Source: Malacoraja senta (Eukaryota). From it: a stretch of 60,000 nt of DNA. The notes under the pieces were generated by a model. It was given only the letters and a program-made list of their open reading frames with translations, was not told the origin of the DNA and ran no database searches. Positions 21,982 to 33,799 of the stretch are shown piece by piece. Where the stretch lies: NCBI GenBank assembly GCA_038087875.1, contig CM075991.1, positions 13,146,001-13,206,000 of the forward strand. The letters run 5' to 3'. A program made the translations under genes and the position numbers. Position 1 is the first letter of the stretch. Each line of letters starts with the position of its first letter.

Positions 21982-24312
21982 CTGGTGTACACCAACATTA
22001 AAGATGCATATAGAGCAGCCCCCCTCCCCCATATCGGCAACTCTGACCACCTAGTGGTTATGCTCACACCTGCATACAGACCCAGGGTGAAACAGGACAG
22101 GCCAACGGTCAAAGAAGTCAGAACATGGCCACAGGGAGCTACCGCAGCACTACAAGACTGTTTTGAAACCACACAGTGGGCTGTTTTCAGAGAGGCAGCA
22201 ACAGATGACAGTAGCATCAACCTCCAAGAATACAGAATCCGTCATCGGATACATCAATAAATGCACTGATGATGTAACGGTGGTAAAAACCGTCAGGAGG
22301 CGTGCCAATCAGAAACCTTGGCTAACTGGGGAAGTGTGTTCCCTACTGAGAATCCGGAATGCTGCATTCAAATCTGGGGACAACGCAGCATACAAACTGG
22401 CAAGGAGTAACCTATCCCGGGGGATCAGGGAAGCGAAGAGGCTGTATGGACAAAAACTTAATAGCCACTTCGCAAATGACAAAGACACACGTCGCTTGTG
22501 GCAGGGATTTCATACCATCACTGACTACAAGCCCCCACCCGCTGCGGATATGCCAAAACGACCCCTCTCTACCAGATGAACTGAACGAGTTCTACGCACG
22601 GTTTGAGGTTGAAAACACCACCCAGACACGTGCACTACTGCCATCTCCCAGTGACCAGTCGCTCAGGCTGTCCGCAGCCGGAGTTAAAAAGGCCTTTGCC
22701 AGCATCAACCCACGCAAAGCTGCAGGGCCGGACAACATTCCTGGATGCGTTTTAAGAGACTGCGCCGAGCAACTGAAAGATGTCTTCACAGACATTTTTA
22801 ACATCTCACTCAGCCAGGCAGTAGTGCCCAACTGTCTTAAGAGTGCCACCATCGTCCCTGTCCCGAAGAAACCAAACCCAGCCTGCCATAATGACTTTCG
22901 ACCAGTGGCTCTAACACCCATAGTAATGAAGTGTTTTGAGCGACTGGTTATGCAGCATATCAAAAATAGTCTACCTGCCGACCTAGACCCACTGCAGTTC
23001 GCCTACAGAGCCAACCGATCCACAGAGGACGCAGTCTCAACAACACTGAACCTCGTACTGTCACACCTTGATCGGAAAAATACTTATGCCAGGATCCTCT
23101 TCATAGACTTCAGCTCTGCTTTTAATACAATCATTCCGCAGCAGCTGGTGGAGAAGTTGGAGCTATTGGGGGTTGATGCTGGCACATGTAACTGGGTCCT
23201 GAACTTTCTATTGCAACGGCAGCAGACAGTCAGGGTGGGCAGTAGGACATCAAAAACCATAGCCGTGAGCACTGGCTCGCCCCAAGGCTGTGTCCTAAGC
23301 CCCCTACTGTTTAGTCTGCTAACACACGACTGTACTGCTAGACTCAACAACAACTTCATCAACAAGTTCGCTGATGACACAACAGTGGTGGGTCTCATCA
23401 GTGACAATGATGAGTCGGCGTACAGGATGGAGGTGGAGCTGCTCACAGGATGGTGCAAATCCCACAACCTCATTCTCAACGTGGGAAAGACTAAGGAGAT
23501 GGTGGTTGACTTCAGGATGGCGGGAAAACAACACCATACACCTCTGCACATCGATGGAGCTGATGTGGAAAGGGTCAACAGCGTGAAGTTCCTAGGACTC
23601 CACCTGTCAGATGACCTGACGTCCACGACCAACACCACAGCACTGGTCAAGAGAGCCCAGCAGCGACTACACCCTCTCCGAAGACTACGTAAAGCAGGTC
23701 TCTCCACTACACAACCACGAACTTTTTATAGGGGGACAATCGAGAGCACATTAACCTACGGCATCACTTCCTGGTTCGGGAGCTGCAAGGCGTACGAACG
23801 GCACCAACTAGACAGGATTGTGAAGACTGCCAGCAGGATTATTGGTTCTCCACTCCCTTTCCTGCTGGACATATACAGGAAGAGATGTATCAGCAGAGCC
23901 ATCTCCATCATCAAAGACCCCTACCACCCATCGCATCACATATTCTCCATCCTGCCATCTGGGAAGAGGTACAGGAGCATTAGGTGCAAAACCAGCAGGA
24001 TGCTCCTCAGCTTCTTCCTGCAGGTTATAAGACTGATAAACGGACTTTGCCCCCTGCCAAAGTATCGTGCACCAACCACCAACCTGGACACACTGCAGCA
24101 GAGCCACTGTCGTGCCGCTGCCGATCGGAACGCCTGTTGATGTTTAGTAGAGAGTAGAGTGTTCATTTGTTCATGATATATGTATTTTTTACTTCTATTT
24201 ATTTTTTACTGCACACTGAAATGGACACTGGTTGAGGAACGTTTTTTTGTTTCCTCTGGGTATGTGAATACTCAGGAAATGACAATAAAGATATACAATA
24301 CAATACAATACA
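21982..24312 (+). mobile_element. 5'-truncated Rex1/Babar-like LINE
   Basis: RT ORF 22359-24140 ([25 protein letters not shown]) with frameshifts upstream; (ATACA)n tail; TSD ATATTGGT at 21974-21981 and 24313-24320. Confidence 0.9.
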
Positions 24313-24729
24313 ATATTGGTACGGCTGTAATTAGCTCCGGAGCAGCAGCGATGTTATGAAACTTTTCAAAGAGCAGAGAAGGGAGAGGTGATTCCAGTGC
24401 TAAGGATGGTGCCAATGGTGGAACAGTTAAGAACGGAGGAAGACTGCGATGTGTAAGTACGATGGGCTGCAGGAGATGCTGCGGCAGGGTGGGTCTGATC
24501 ATGTGCAGGATCAAGTTAGATTGGATAGGGAGCCAGTTTGGGTAATACTAATAGAAAGTGATATTATATATGTTCCATCAATGGGAGCTAGCCAGGAGAG
24601 AATTAGAGTAGCCAGGAGAGAATTAGAGTAGCCAGGTTGAAAGCTAGATGGTATGAATCTCCCCAACTTTTACAGATGTTTAAGGAGATTCAGCATCTCA
24701 CCACTCCTTAGGCTCTTGGACAACCCTAC

Positions 24730-24758
24730 CTTAGCAAACATCCGTCGTGGACTTTGCG
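24730..24758 (-). CDS. Candidate 29-nt micro-exon of the IL-1-family gene (ATG-TTT-GCT-AAG)
   Basis: TCTTGCGTTATAG| acceptor, AAG|GTAGGG donor, phase 0 in frame with the exon at 21695; could be chance. Confidence 0.3.
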
Positions 24759-25582
24759 CTATAACGCAAGATTAAAGCCACAGCAAGTAAGAGTTTAATT
24801 GTTCTGATCCCAGAGCAAATAACAAACACTTGATTCTTTATACTCTTGAACGATGAGCTCAGCGGGACTATGAGTGAAATAATCACCATTTTCCGAGCTG
24901 CAAGCGGGGAGGTGTTTTTTTCAGGAAATGTTAGCAAAGTAGCGAGGGTCTCATTTAAACTCACATCCTCCACTTCAGCCTCTTTATCCACACAGGTGCT
25001 GACCGGAGTCTGAAGAAGGGTCTCCACCTGAAACGTCACCCATTCATTCCCTCCAGAGATGCTGCCTGTCCCGCTGAGTTACGCCAGCATTTTTGCCTAT
25101 CTTCGGTCCTGACCACTCCTCCCTGCAAAAGCTCCCGAGTTCGGCCACTCTCCCAACCCTCGGACACTCGCCCCTCCCCCAGTTCCGACCGGACACCCAC
25201 GCACTTCCCCATTCCGTCGTGTCAGTGAAAGCGAGCGGACAGGACAAAGATCGCCAATTCTCAGATCAGGAATCATGTTTCAGTCTGAAGATGAGCCCGA
25301 CCCGAAAAGTCACCCATCCACGTTCTCCAGAGTCGCTGCCTGACCCCTCCAACTGTGTCGTTATTTTAATCATGCCTCAGGTCGTGGACCCGAGACAGGT
25401 GCCGGGGGTGGAGCGCCTACTGTTTCTCCTTGTGCAAGCGCTACCTCGGTCCTGGCTGGTGACATCTTGCATCTCCTTTCCCTGACAGTATTATAGGGTT
25501 ACCGGTTACGGTTAGGTACTATAGCGCCGTTTCACTTCATTCCCAAACATCTTAAGGACAATTATAACCAATACTAGAGAAC

Positions 25583-27442
25583 TCTCTTCTTCTTCTTCTT
25601 GTAGGATTCCGGCAGTGTAGACGCTGCTAAGCGTATTACTGCCCTCCACAGGTCAAAGTTTGAACTAAATTCTTACATACAGTCCTGTAACTTGCAGGAA
25701 TTGAAGAACAGCCCTGGATATCAGTTGATGTTTCTCATTGTGTCCAAACAAAGATAAAACAGAAAAAGCCTCAACTCCAAGTCCTGTCAGTCTAACAAAC
25801 AATACTTTTCTTTCTACCCTATACTTTTTACATTCTAGGAAAACATGCTTAACTGTCTCATTACTCCCACATTCACACAAGCCAGAAACATGTTTCCCTA
25901 CAATGCACAAATAGTAATTTAACCCAGTGTCCCAACCTCAATCTACACAGTTTAACTGAGTCCCTACGGGACAGAGATGTACAGAAACATATTTTCCTAA
26001 CTTCAGATTGTATAGAAAAGTAGTGTCTACCCCTGACTTCCATTTCCCATCCTCTCTGCCATTCTTTTGTTAAGCCCTCTTTAATTATTTCTCTCAGTTC
26101 CACTCTCCCCAATGATACATGGATATCTATTTCTCTTCTTAAACTCTCCTTTGCTATGAGGTCCACCTGCTCATTCCCCCTCACCCCAGCATGCCCGGGA
26201 ACCCAGCAAAAAGTGATGTTACACGCAAACCCAATTCTAGAAAACACACTCAAGATTTCATTTAGAATGTCAGGACGAGCTTTAGATTTCCCTACTCTTA
26301 ATGTTTCAAGAGCAGCTGCAGAATCAGAACAGATAATGACTTCTCTAAAACTGGCTTCCTCAATCCACCATAGAGCCCATTGAATTGCCATTAATTCAGT
26401 CGTGAGAACAGAACTTCCATCAGAAATGCGCCGGCCAATCTTCAACCCAAGCTGCTCCACATACACTCCAAACCCAGCTCTCCCACTAACTGGATCTTTA
26501 GATCCATCTGTAAAAACAATCAAAGTACTCTCACTGATTGAATTAAGATATTCCACTATTCTTGGAGTCACCTCGCGCTTATCTTTTTCCTGAAGAAAAG
26601 CAAGCTCAATAAACAGTTCAGGAAGAACCCAATAGGGCACAGGTAGCCTTATTGTATGCTCTATAATACCCCCTTGTTCCAAACCCAGCTTCCTAGCCCA
26701 CTGATTTATAATGACAAAAAATGTGTTATATTTGTTACCATCATCAACCTCTTGCAACAAACACCTTGCTGGGAAGGTATCATTACACCCACAAAGTTTA
26801 GCCCAGTAATGTAACCCTAGCTTAATGCGCCTTAACCATAAGGGCATTTCTCCCATTTCAACAATCAGGGCAGGGACTGGGGAAGTCCTGAAGGCTCCAC
26901 AGCAAAGCCTCAAAGCTTTTGCCTGCAACACATCTAGCCTAGCCAGAACAGTTTTAGACGCAGACCCATACACAAAACACCCATAGTCAACAGAAGATCT
27001 GATCATGGCCTGATAAATTAGCATTGTCTCCCTGTTGGCCCCCCACTCACACCCAACCAGACTTCTCATAACATTCAGAACTTTTTCACACTTCAACACA
27101 ATTTTACCTACATGCCCAGCCCAAGTCATACGCTCTTCAAACCAAACACCCAAAAACTTAAAAACCTTTACCTTCTCCAATAGAGACCCATACATATACA
27201 GCCCTAACTTAGGTAACTTTCTTTTAAAACCAAATACCATATATTTAGTCTTAGAGGCAGAGATTTTAAAGCCCCATGTGTCCCCCCATTCCTCTACAGA
27301 CACTAACACTCTTTGAATCTGTTTTAAAACAAACTCTACATTACAACCTCTTTTCCAGATGGCCCCGTCATCTGCAAACAAAGACAGACCAAATCCTCTC
27401 TCTAATTTACAAAATATGTCATTTATCATGATATTAAATAAA
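25583..27442 (-). mobile_element. 5'-truncated I/Nimb-clade LINE with RNase H
   Basis: ORF 25873-27429: LFADD, RNase H motifs FTDGS/TELMAI/SDS/WVPGH.G..GNE, C-terminal CCHC; (GAA)n tail; TSD ACTAGAGA[A/T]CTCTCTT at 25573 and 27443. Confidence 0.85.
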
Positions 27443-29363
27443 ACTAGAGATCTCTCTTTGAATTAAACCATTTAAAAAGCCGTGTTCTTGTACTAATCGC
27501 CACCCAATGACTGTCGCAGATAAATAGCAGCGAGTAGATGTGGCGCTGATTCTCTCTCAGCATCACCTGGTTGAATAGCCTTTCGGGCCAAGAGAACAAA
27601 ACGCCTCGGGCCAGTGCCAAATGAGGAACCCTACTGCAGCAGGAAAATCTTTCACCACACACGCTTCCAGCCTGGTCTATTTTTGTTTTCGCTTCACAGC
27701 ATCTGCAAAGTGTTCCTTTTGGACTATTGTGGAGGTTTTTAATCTCATAACCACCCACCCCCCCCCCTCCCAAACTAATTGTTTGCATCATCAGTGGTGC
27801 AGAAGTGGGAATGGCACTTCACATTCCTTGCTGTTAATATTACTAATGATCTGTCATGGAGCAACCATATTGATGCAACAGCTATGAACGCACACCAATT
27901 TATCTATTTTCTGGAGAGAATGAAGACATTTGGCATGTTTCCAGTGTATAGTATATCTGATCTGTTGGGATGGCATGTAAAACAAAGCTTTTCACTGTAC
28001 CTCGAAACGTGACAATAATAAACCTAAAGCTGATCCAACCTGATGCAAGAAAAGCCATGTGCCAGACAACATCCTACTGTCCCACTGAAAAAGTGTGCTC
28101 CTCAGCTAGCTGAGCCTCCAAACAAACCATTTCAGTACAGTTGGGAAATTGCCCTGGAATATCCTATTCTCTAAAAGCAGGAAAAATCCAATCCACCTAA
28201 TTACTATTCAGTCAGGCTATTGTCAATCATCATCAAAGTGATGAAAGCTGCAGTGTTATCAAGTGAAACTCACCAATAACTTATTCCCCATCACCCAATT
28301 TGGGTTCAACTCCAGACATCATCACAAACGTTGTCCAACCAAAGACTAAAGGGCTGAATTGCAGAGGTAAGGTGAGAACGACTGCCCTTTAATTCAAGGC
28401 TTGCTGGAGTTCGGAGTCGGTCACCAACCAGGTCAGCTCCCGATGTTACCATCCACAGGGCCCACGCCCGAAGTCTCACGTGTGTGTGTGAGCGGTCACC
28501 AAGAAATTGTGTCTCCCCGTGTTTTGATAGCGATTTCCGCCATTGCTCTACAAAACACAATCTGCATACTCTGGCAGCAGCTCTCAAATCCACAATCTCA
28601 GCCATCAAGAGAGCTAATGACAATAGGTGTCTGCTATTTCTTTCTTGGTTCCACACCATCCTGACCCGGAAGTAGATTGCTTTTCCTTCATTGCATCTAA
28701 GACTTGGAACTCTCTGCCAAACAGCCCTTTGAGGAACCTTCACCTGAAGGACTGCATGAAGATGGCCTTTACAGAGCAGTTAAGGGATAGGTAAGAAAAC
28801 TCCTCACCCTGTCATCTCTGCAAACAACCCCCTCACCCACTCCCTCTGTGCACCCAGTTTGAGAGATCTACTCAGCTACTTATATTGTACTGCTGTATGA
28901 ACAACTTTTAACCCTGAACAATCTTTGGAACCCTCTCATTCACAACTGAACGGTACTTCCATCAGCTAGAGTGCATTCCTGACCTCCCATCTTCCTGATC
29001 GGAGACCTAAATGTCGTCCCCTTTATCCTTTATCTGTACACCCTGCATTGCTTGTTTTGTCTTGTTTTCGTGGCTTGTTTTCTTTGACTGCATAGCACAC
29101 AAACTAAATGTTTTCACTGTACTTCAGTGTACATGACAATAATAAACTAAACTAAAGATCCTAGAATCCATTCTCAGATGATAAGTAGGTAAATAACAGC
29201 AAATATTCTTGCAATTGGAGCTAATATAAATAAATTCATTTCTTTTTTGCTAAATGAGTAGCAAATTCATCCAGTATATCTAACCCTTTGCTCTATATAT
29301 TGTACTTGAGTTTGACTTGATTGCATTTACTTTTGAGTTCTCTGATCTGTTTAGATAGCATGC

Positions 29364-29855
29364 AATATGTACCTATCGGCACATTGACAATAAACCTAAT
29401 CCTAAAACAACATCAACAATCAAGAAGAAAAGTGCATTAATAATTTAATCTTACGTTCTAATCTTACGAACGATGATAAACAGATATTGCAAGGTCAAAC
29501 CCCAAATTAAAATATATAGATGGAGAACTGTCCCCAGAAGTATGGATCAATAACATTATCCTAGTTTAGTGCAGCATTCCGCTTTGTACAAAGACATACT
29601 CACTTAGCTTTCGAGGGTTTATTGAGCTTCGCCTCACTGATGCTCACCAGCTAATGCCTGGTACGTTCCTGGTTTCTCCCTCCTTTATATAGAAATAAAG
29701 GTGAGGCTTTCAACTACCAGTTGTCTGACTTCCTGTTGTGTAATAATCAGATTTCATGAAAGTGATATGGCACCATATCAGGCATAACATAAGGTTCATA
29801 AGCATTTAACACATAGTTGTGTGAAACCAATGTTGTGCAATGTCAATGGCAAGTC
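29364..29855. repeat. Direct duplication copy 1 (copy 2 at 31304-31784)
   Basis: Near-identical ~480-bp blocks offset by 1940 bp. Confidence 0.95.
29598..29745 (-). promoter_or_regulatory. Putative IL-1-family promoter and non-coding exon 1 (second copy 31538-31685)
   Basis: Minus strand: C/EBP-like ATTACACAA, ETS CAGGAAGT, TATATAAA (29691-29684), ATG-free ~55-nt exon, donor AA|GTGAGT at 29603. Confidence 0.6.
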
Positions 29856-31315
29856 TTTTTTTAATGTTTTTATTTTTTATTTTATTTTTTAGAAGTAAGT
29901 ACAATAATGTGTTACCAAAGTACCTAATACTTATTGACATATTACATTTCATATACAACTTCTTATTTTTAATTTAATAATAAAGCAAAAATAAGAAATG
30001 AAAGATTACAAAAGGAAAGATTGAGATGAAGTGTTGCGTGAGATAGCAAAATAGCCCTAGAAAAAAAATGAGGAGAAAAAAAGAAGAGAATAAAGAAAAA
30101 AGAAACAAAAGAGAAGAGGAAAGGAGATTGAAAGCGATAAGTCTATTTCATAATCCTGTTTCTGAACCATTATATTTCTATGATTGTGTTGCACCATATG
30201 CTTGTAGAAAGTCGATAAAGGGAGACCATATCAATAAGGTCTACCTTACCTACTAGAAGGAGTCGTATTTCTTCAAGATATGCCGTTTCTGACATATTTG
30301 AAATCCACATTTTCAGTGTTGGTGTTGGCGAATCTTTCCAAAATTTAAGTATGATTTTTTTTGCCATTATTAAACTGTAATTAAGTAAGGATTTTTGATA
30401 CGTATTTAGCTTATTCCCGTCTTCCAGTGATCCAAAGATAATCATTTCTGTATTCGATTCCAGTCTTCTATTAATTAAATTTGTAAAAATTTCATTCCAG
30501 AATTTATGAAGTTTTATACAGGAGACAAAAGAGTGTTATAGTGGCATTCTCAGCTAAGCATTTATCACATATTGGTGAGATATTTGGATAAAATTTATAC
30601 AATCTAGCTTTCGAGTAATATAGTCTATGTAAAATTTTAAGTTGGATTAAATTATGTTTTACATTAATCGAACATTTATGTATATATATCAGGTATTTTT
30701 CCCATGCTTCTTTCGCAATTTTTATCTGTAATTCTTGTTCCCAATCTACTATAATTGCTTCTGTCGATGGAGGTTCTATATTTTAAATGATATTATATGT
30801 ATGATATTAAATTGCTTGAATCTGCTTTAATATTCATCGCTTCATCTAGTGAATCTAAAGTTATATATTGATATCCTTGTATGCGTTTTTTCAAATAATC
30901 TCTAATTTGAAGGTATTTAAAGTATTGATTATTTTTCAAGTTGTATTTTAATTGTAGTTGTTGAAATTATTTTAAAAAATCCCATTTCATACAAATCTCC
31001 AAAGCTTTTAATTCCTAATCTTTCCCAAAAGGTATACGCTTCATCAATAAGAGATGGCTTAAATGAGGGGTTATTTACTATTGGAGTTAAAAGCGATAAA
31101 TTTCTTACTTTCAAAGTTAGTTTTATTTGTTTCCAAATTCGAATTGTGATGTGAATAATTGGGTTCTTCTTATATATTGTATTGTTTAATTTTATTGGGG
31201 AGAAGAGGATCGCTCCTATATTAAAAGGAGAACAATCCTCTTTCTCCATTCTTATCCATTCTACCTGTTGGGCAGAGCTGTCCCACCAATTAATTATGTT
31301 CTTAATATGTACTGC
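29856..31315 (-). mobile_element. 5'-truncated, decayed L1 (ORF2 C-terminus, 3' UTR, poly-A)
   Basis: Frameshifted ORFs homologous to the C-terminus of ORF2 33800-37483; T-run at 29856. Confidence 0.9.
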
Positions 31316-31784
31316 CTATCGGCACATTGACAATAAACCTAATCCTAAACCATCAACAAACAAGAAGAAAAGTGCATTAATAATTTAATCTTACGTTCTA
31401 ATCTTACGAACGATGATAAACAGATATTGCAAGGTCAAACCCAAAATTAAAATATATAGATGGAGAACTGTCCCCAGAAGTATGGATCAATAACATTATC
31501 CTAGTTTAGTGCAGCATTCCGCTTTGTACAAAGACATACTCACTTAGTTTTCGAGGGTTTATTGAGCTTCGCCTCACTGATGCTCACCAGCTAATGCCTG
31601 GTACGTTCCTGGTTTCTCCCTCCTTTATATAGAAATAAAGGTGAGGCTTTCAACTACCAGTTGTCTGACTTCCTGTTGTGTAATAATCAGATTTCATGAA
31701 AGTGATATGGCACCTTATCAGACATAACATTAGGTTCATAAGCATTTAACACATAGTTGTGTGAAACCAATGTCAAGTCAAGTC
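31304..31784. repeat. Direct duplication copy 2
   Basis: Matches 29364-29855. Confidence 0.95.
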
Positions 31785-33370
31785 TATTCTCATTTCCTTC
31801 TGAATATCCTGATCCAAGAAAAACAAAAATTGATTCATTTGTTAATCTATGTGAAATCTTTAGAGACTACGACCCGCACTTTGGCATTCGTGCCGGATGA
31901 CTTAACTTGGGTTTTTATGTTAATACCTTGTTAATAAAGTGATATCTCAAATGTAGCCTTGTGTAAAAAAAATCACAAAACATTGTGAATGAGATGTCAA
32001 TATACAAAATGTTAATTGTAACATTAAAACAGAATATCTTTATTTGTTCTGTTGTGTGGTTAGCAATGGTGTACTTTTAACAATTCCATTTTATGGCACT
32101 AATTTTCCCGAATGTGATTTCACTCTTGCCATCGGGTAGAAGGTACAGGAGTCTGAAAGATGTGAGCTCCAGGTTCAGGAACAGCTTCTTCCCAACAACC
32201 ATCTGGCTATTGAACACTACAAACACCAACTAAACTTCAAACTATGAACTGTATTAGTTGTATGAGGGATTTGGGCTTCGGTTGTGTTTTGAACTATAGT
32301 GGGGGTTTTCATTTCTTGAACTTTTTTGTTTGCTTATTTTGTTATCTCTTCAGTACAGTGTTTGCAAAAGTATGGTGCTGCAAGCAAGAATGTTATTGTT
32401 CTTTTGGTACATATGAAAATTAATCACTTAACTTCACTACTTTGAAAGGCTCACTGAGAAATTTGACAGTTAATAATAAATGAAGAATGGAATTAGTAAT
32501 TGGCAAATGAGAAGTTCCACGTTTGATTAATTAGATCCTTCACAAGGCTGAAAGTGCCCAGGCCTGGTGGGGTACTTGATCTGACCGTACTCCTAAAACA
32601 CATGCGCAACAACCGTCTGAAGGTTTTGCAGACATCTTCAGTCTCTCATTACTGAGGTTCCCTCCTGCCTTAAAAGGACTTCAATAATACCGGTGCCCAA
32701 GACAAGTATGGTGACATGTCTCAATGATCACTGACCAGTGACACTGATGTCTGTGGATGAAGTGCTTTGACACGTTGGTTATGACACATCATCTCCGGCC
32801 TTAGTAAGGGCTGGGCCCACTACTATTTCTCTACTGTGAAATTGGATCAACAATATTGATTACAATATTGTTTGCAATGGATGAAATACATTTGGAGGCT
32901 GGAGGCATAGATTTAAGACAAAATATGATGTATACTTGTTGGTACATGAAACCGTGTCGTTGAGATCAGACTATTTGACTGAACTGATTTCACACTTGAC
33001 TGGAGAGAGACAGTGGGTAACAAATAACACATCTAATTTGCGTATTGTTTCTGGTTTGGGGTGGGAGATTGCAACCTTCACGTGGTCCACCCTGTTTAGA
33101 CGAATGCAATCAACCCGACATGCACAAACAAGCTCAAATAGAACAAGTTGACCTGCATCTTTAGGCTGTGCATGCCATACACAAGAATTTCCGGAAGTGG
33201 CGGTGCTGCCAAGCAGCTCGCTTGCAGTCCGTCTGTCTTTTCCTTTTTTTGTTTTATTTTGTCTTGTTAGATGTACGTTTTAGTCTAATTTTAGTTGTGT
33301 ATATGTGGGTGGTGGGGGAAACTTTTTTAAACTCTTCCTTCAACAGGAATGCGACCTTTTCCTTGTCATA

Positions 33371-33405
<35 letters not shown>

Positions 33406-33799
33406 AATTTTTTTAATAGAAGTACGGTAGATTACAGTAATGTACAACACGTATATATTAATACATTTTTTGTACCGCTTCACTTTTTTAAACTTTAAGA
33501 AAGAAAAAGAAAGAAGTAAGAAAAGTGAAGAAAGTGCGCAAAGCTTGTGAAGTGCAAAAGAGTGTTGGGAAAAGAAAGCCCCTTAGAAAAGAAGTTAGAG
33601 AAGGAAGTAAAGTTAGAAAATAGACCCTAGAAAAGAAAGAGAAAGAAAGAAGGAACAATCGCTCTATTATAACTCTTATAACATACTTCATAGAGAAGGA
33701 ACTACCAACCAAGTCTGTTTTTGTTTTACCTCCCATTACCAGGTCCAGATACCTTTTATTTATTTATTTGTTTTTCTAAATTACTATTGCACCTCATGC

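Noticed and set aside
24960..25005. Acidic candidate IL-1 pro-domain exon ending in GTGAGT
   Set aside because: No clear acceptor (it runs into a Penelope repeat) and its phase does not fit the micro-exon; unsupported
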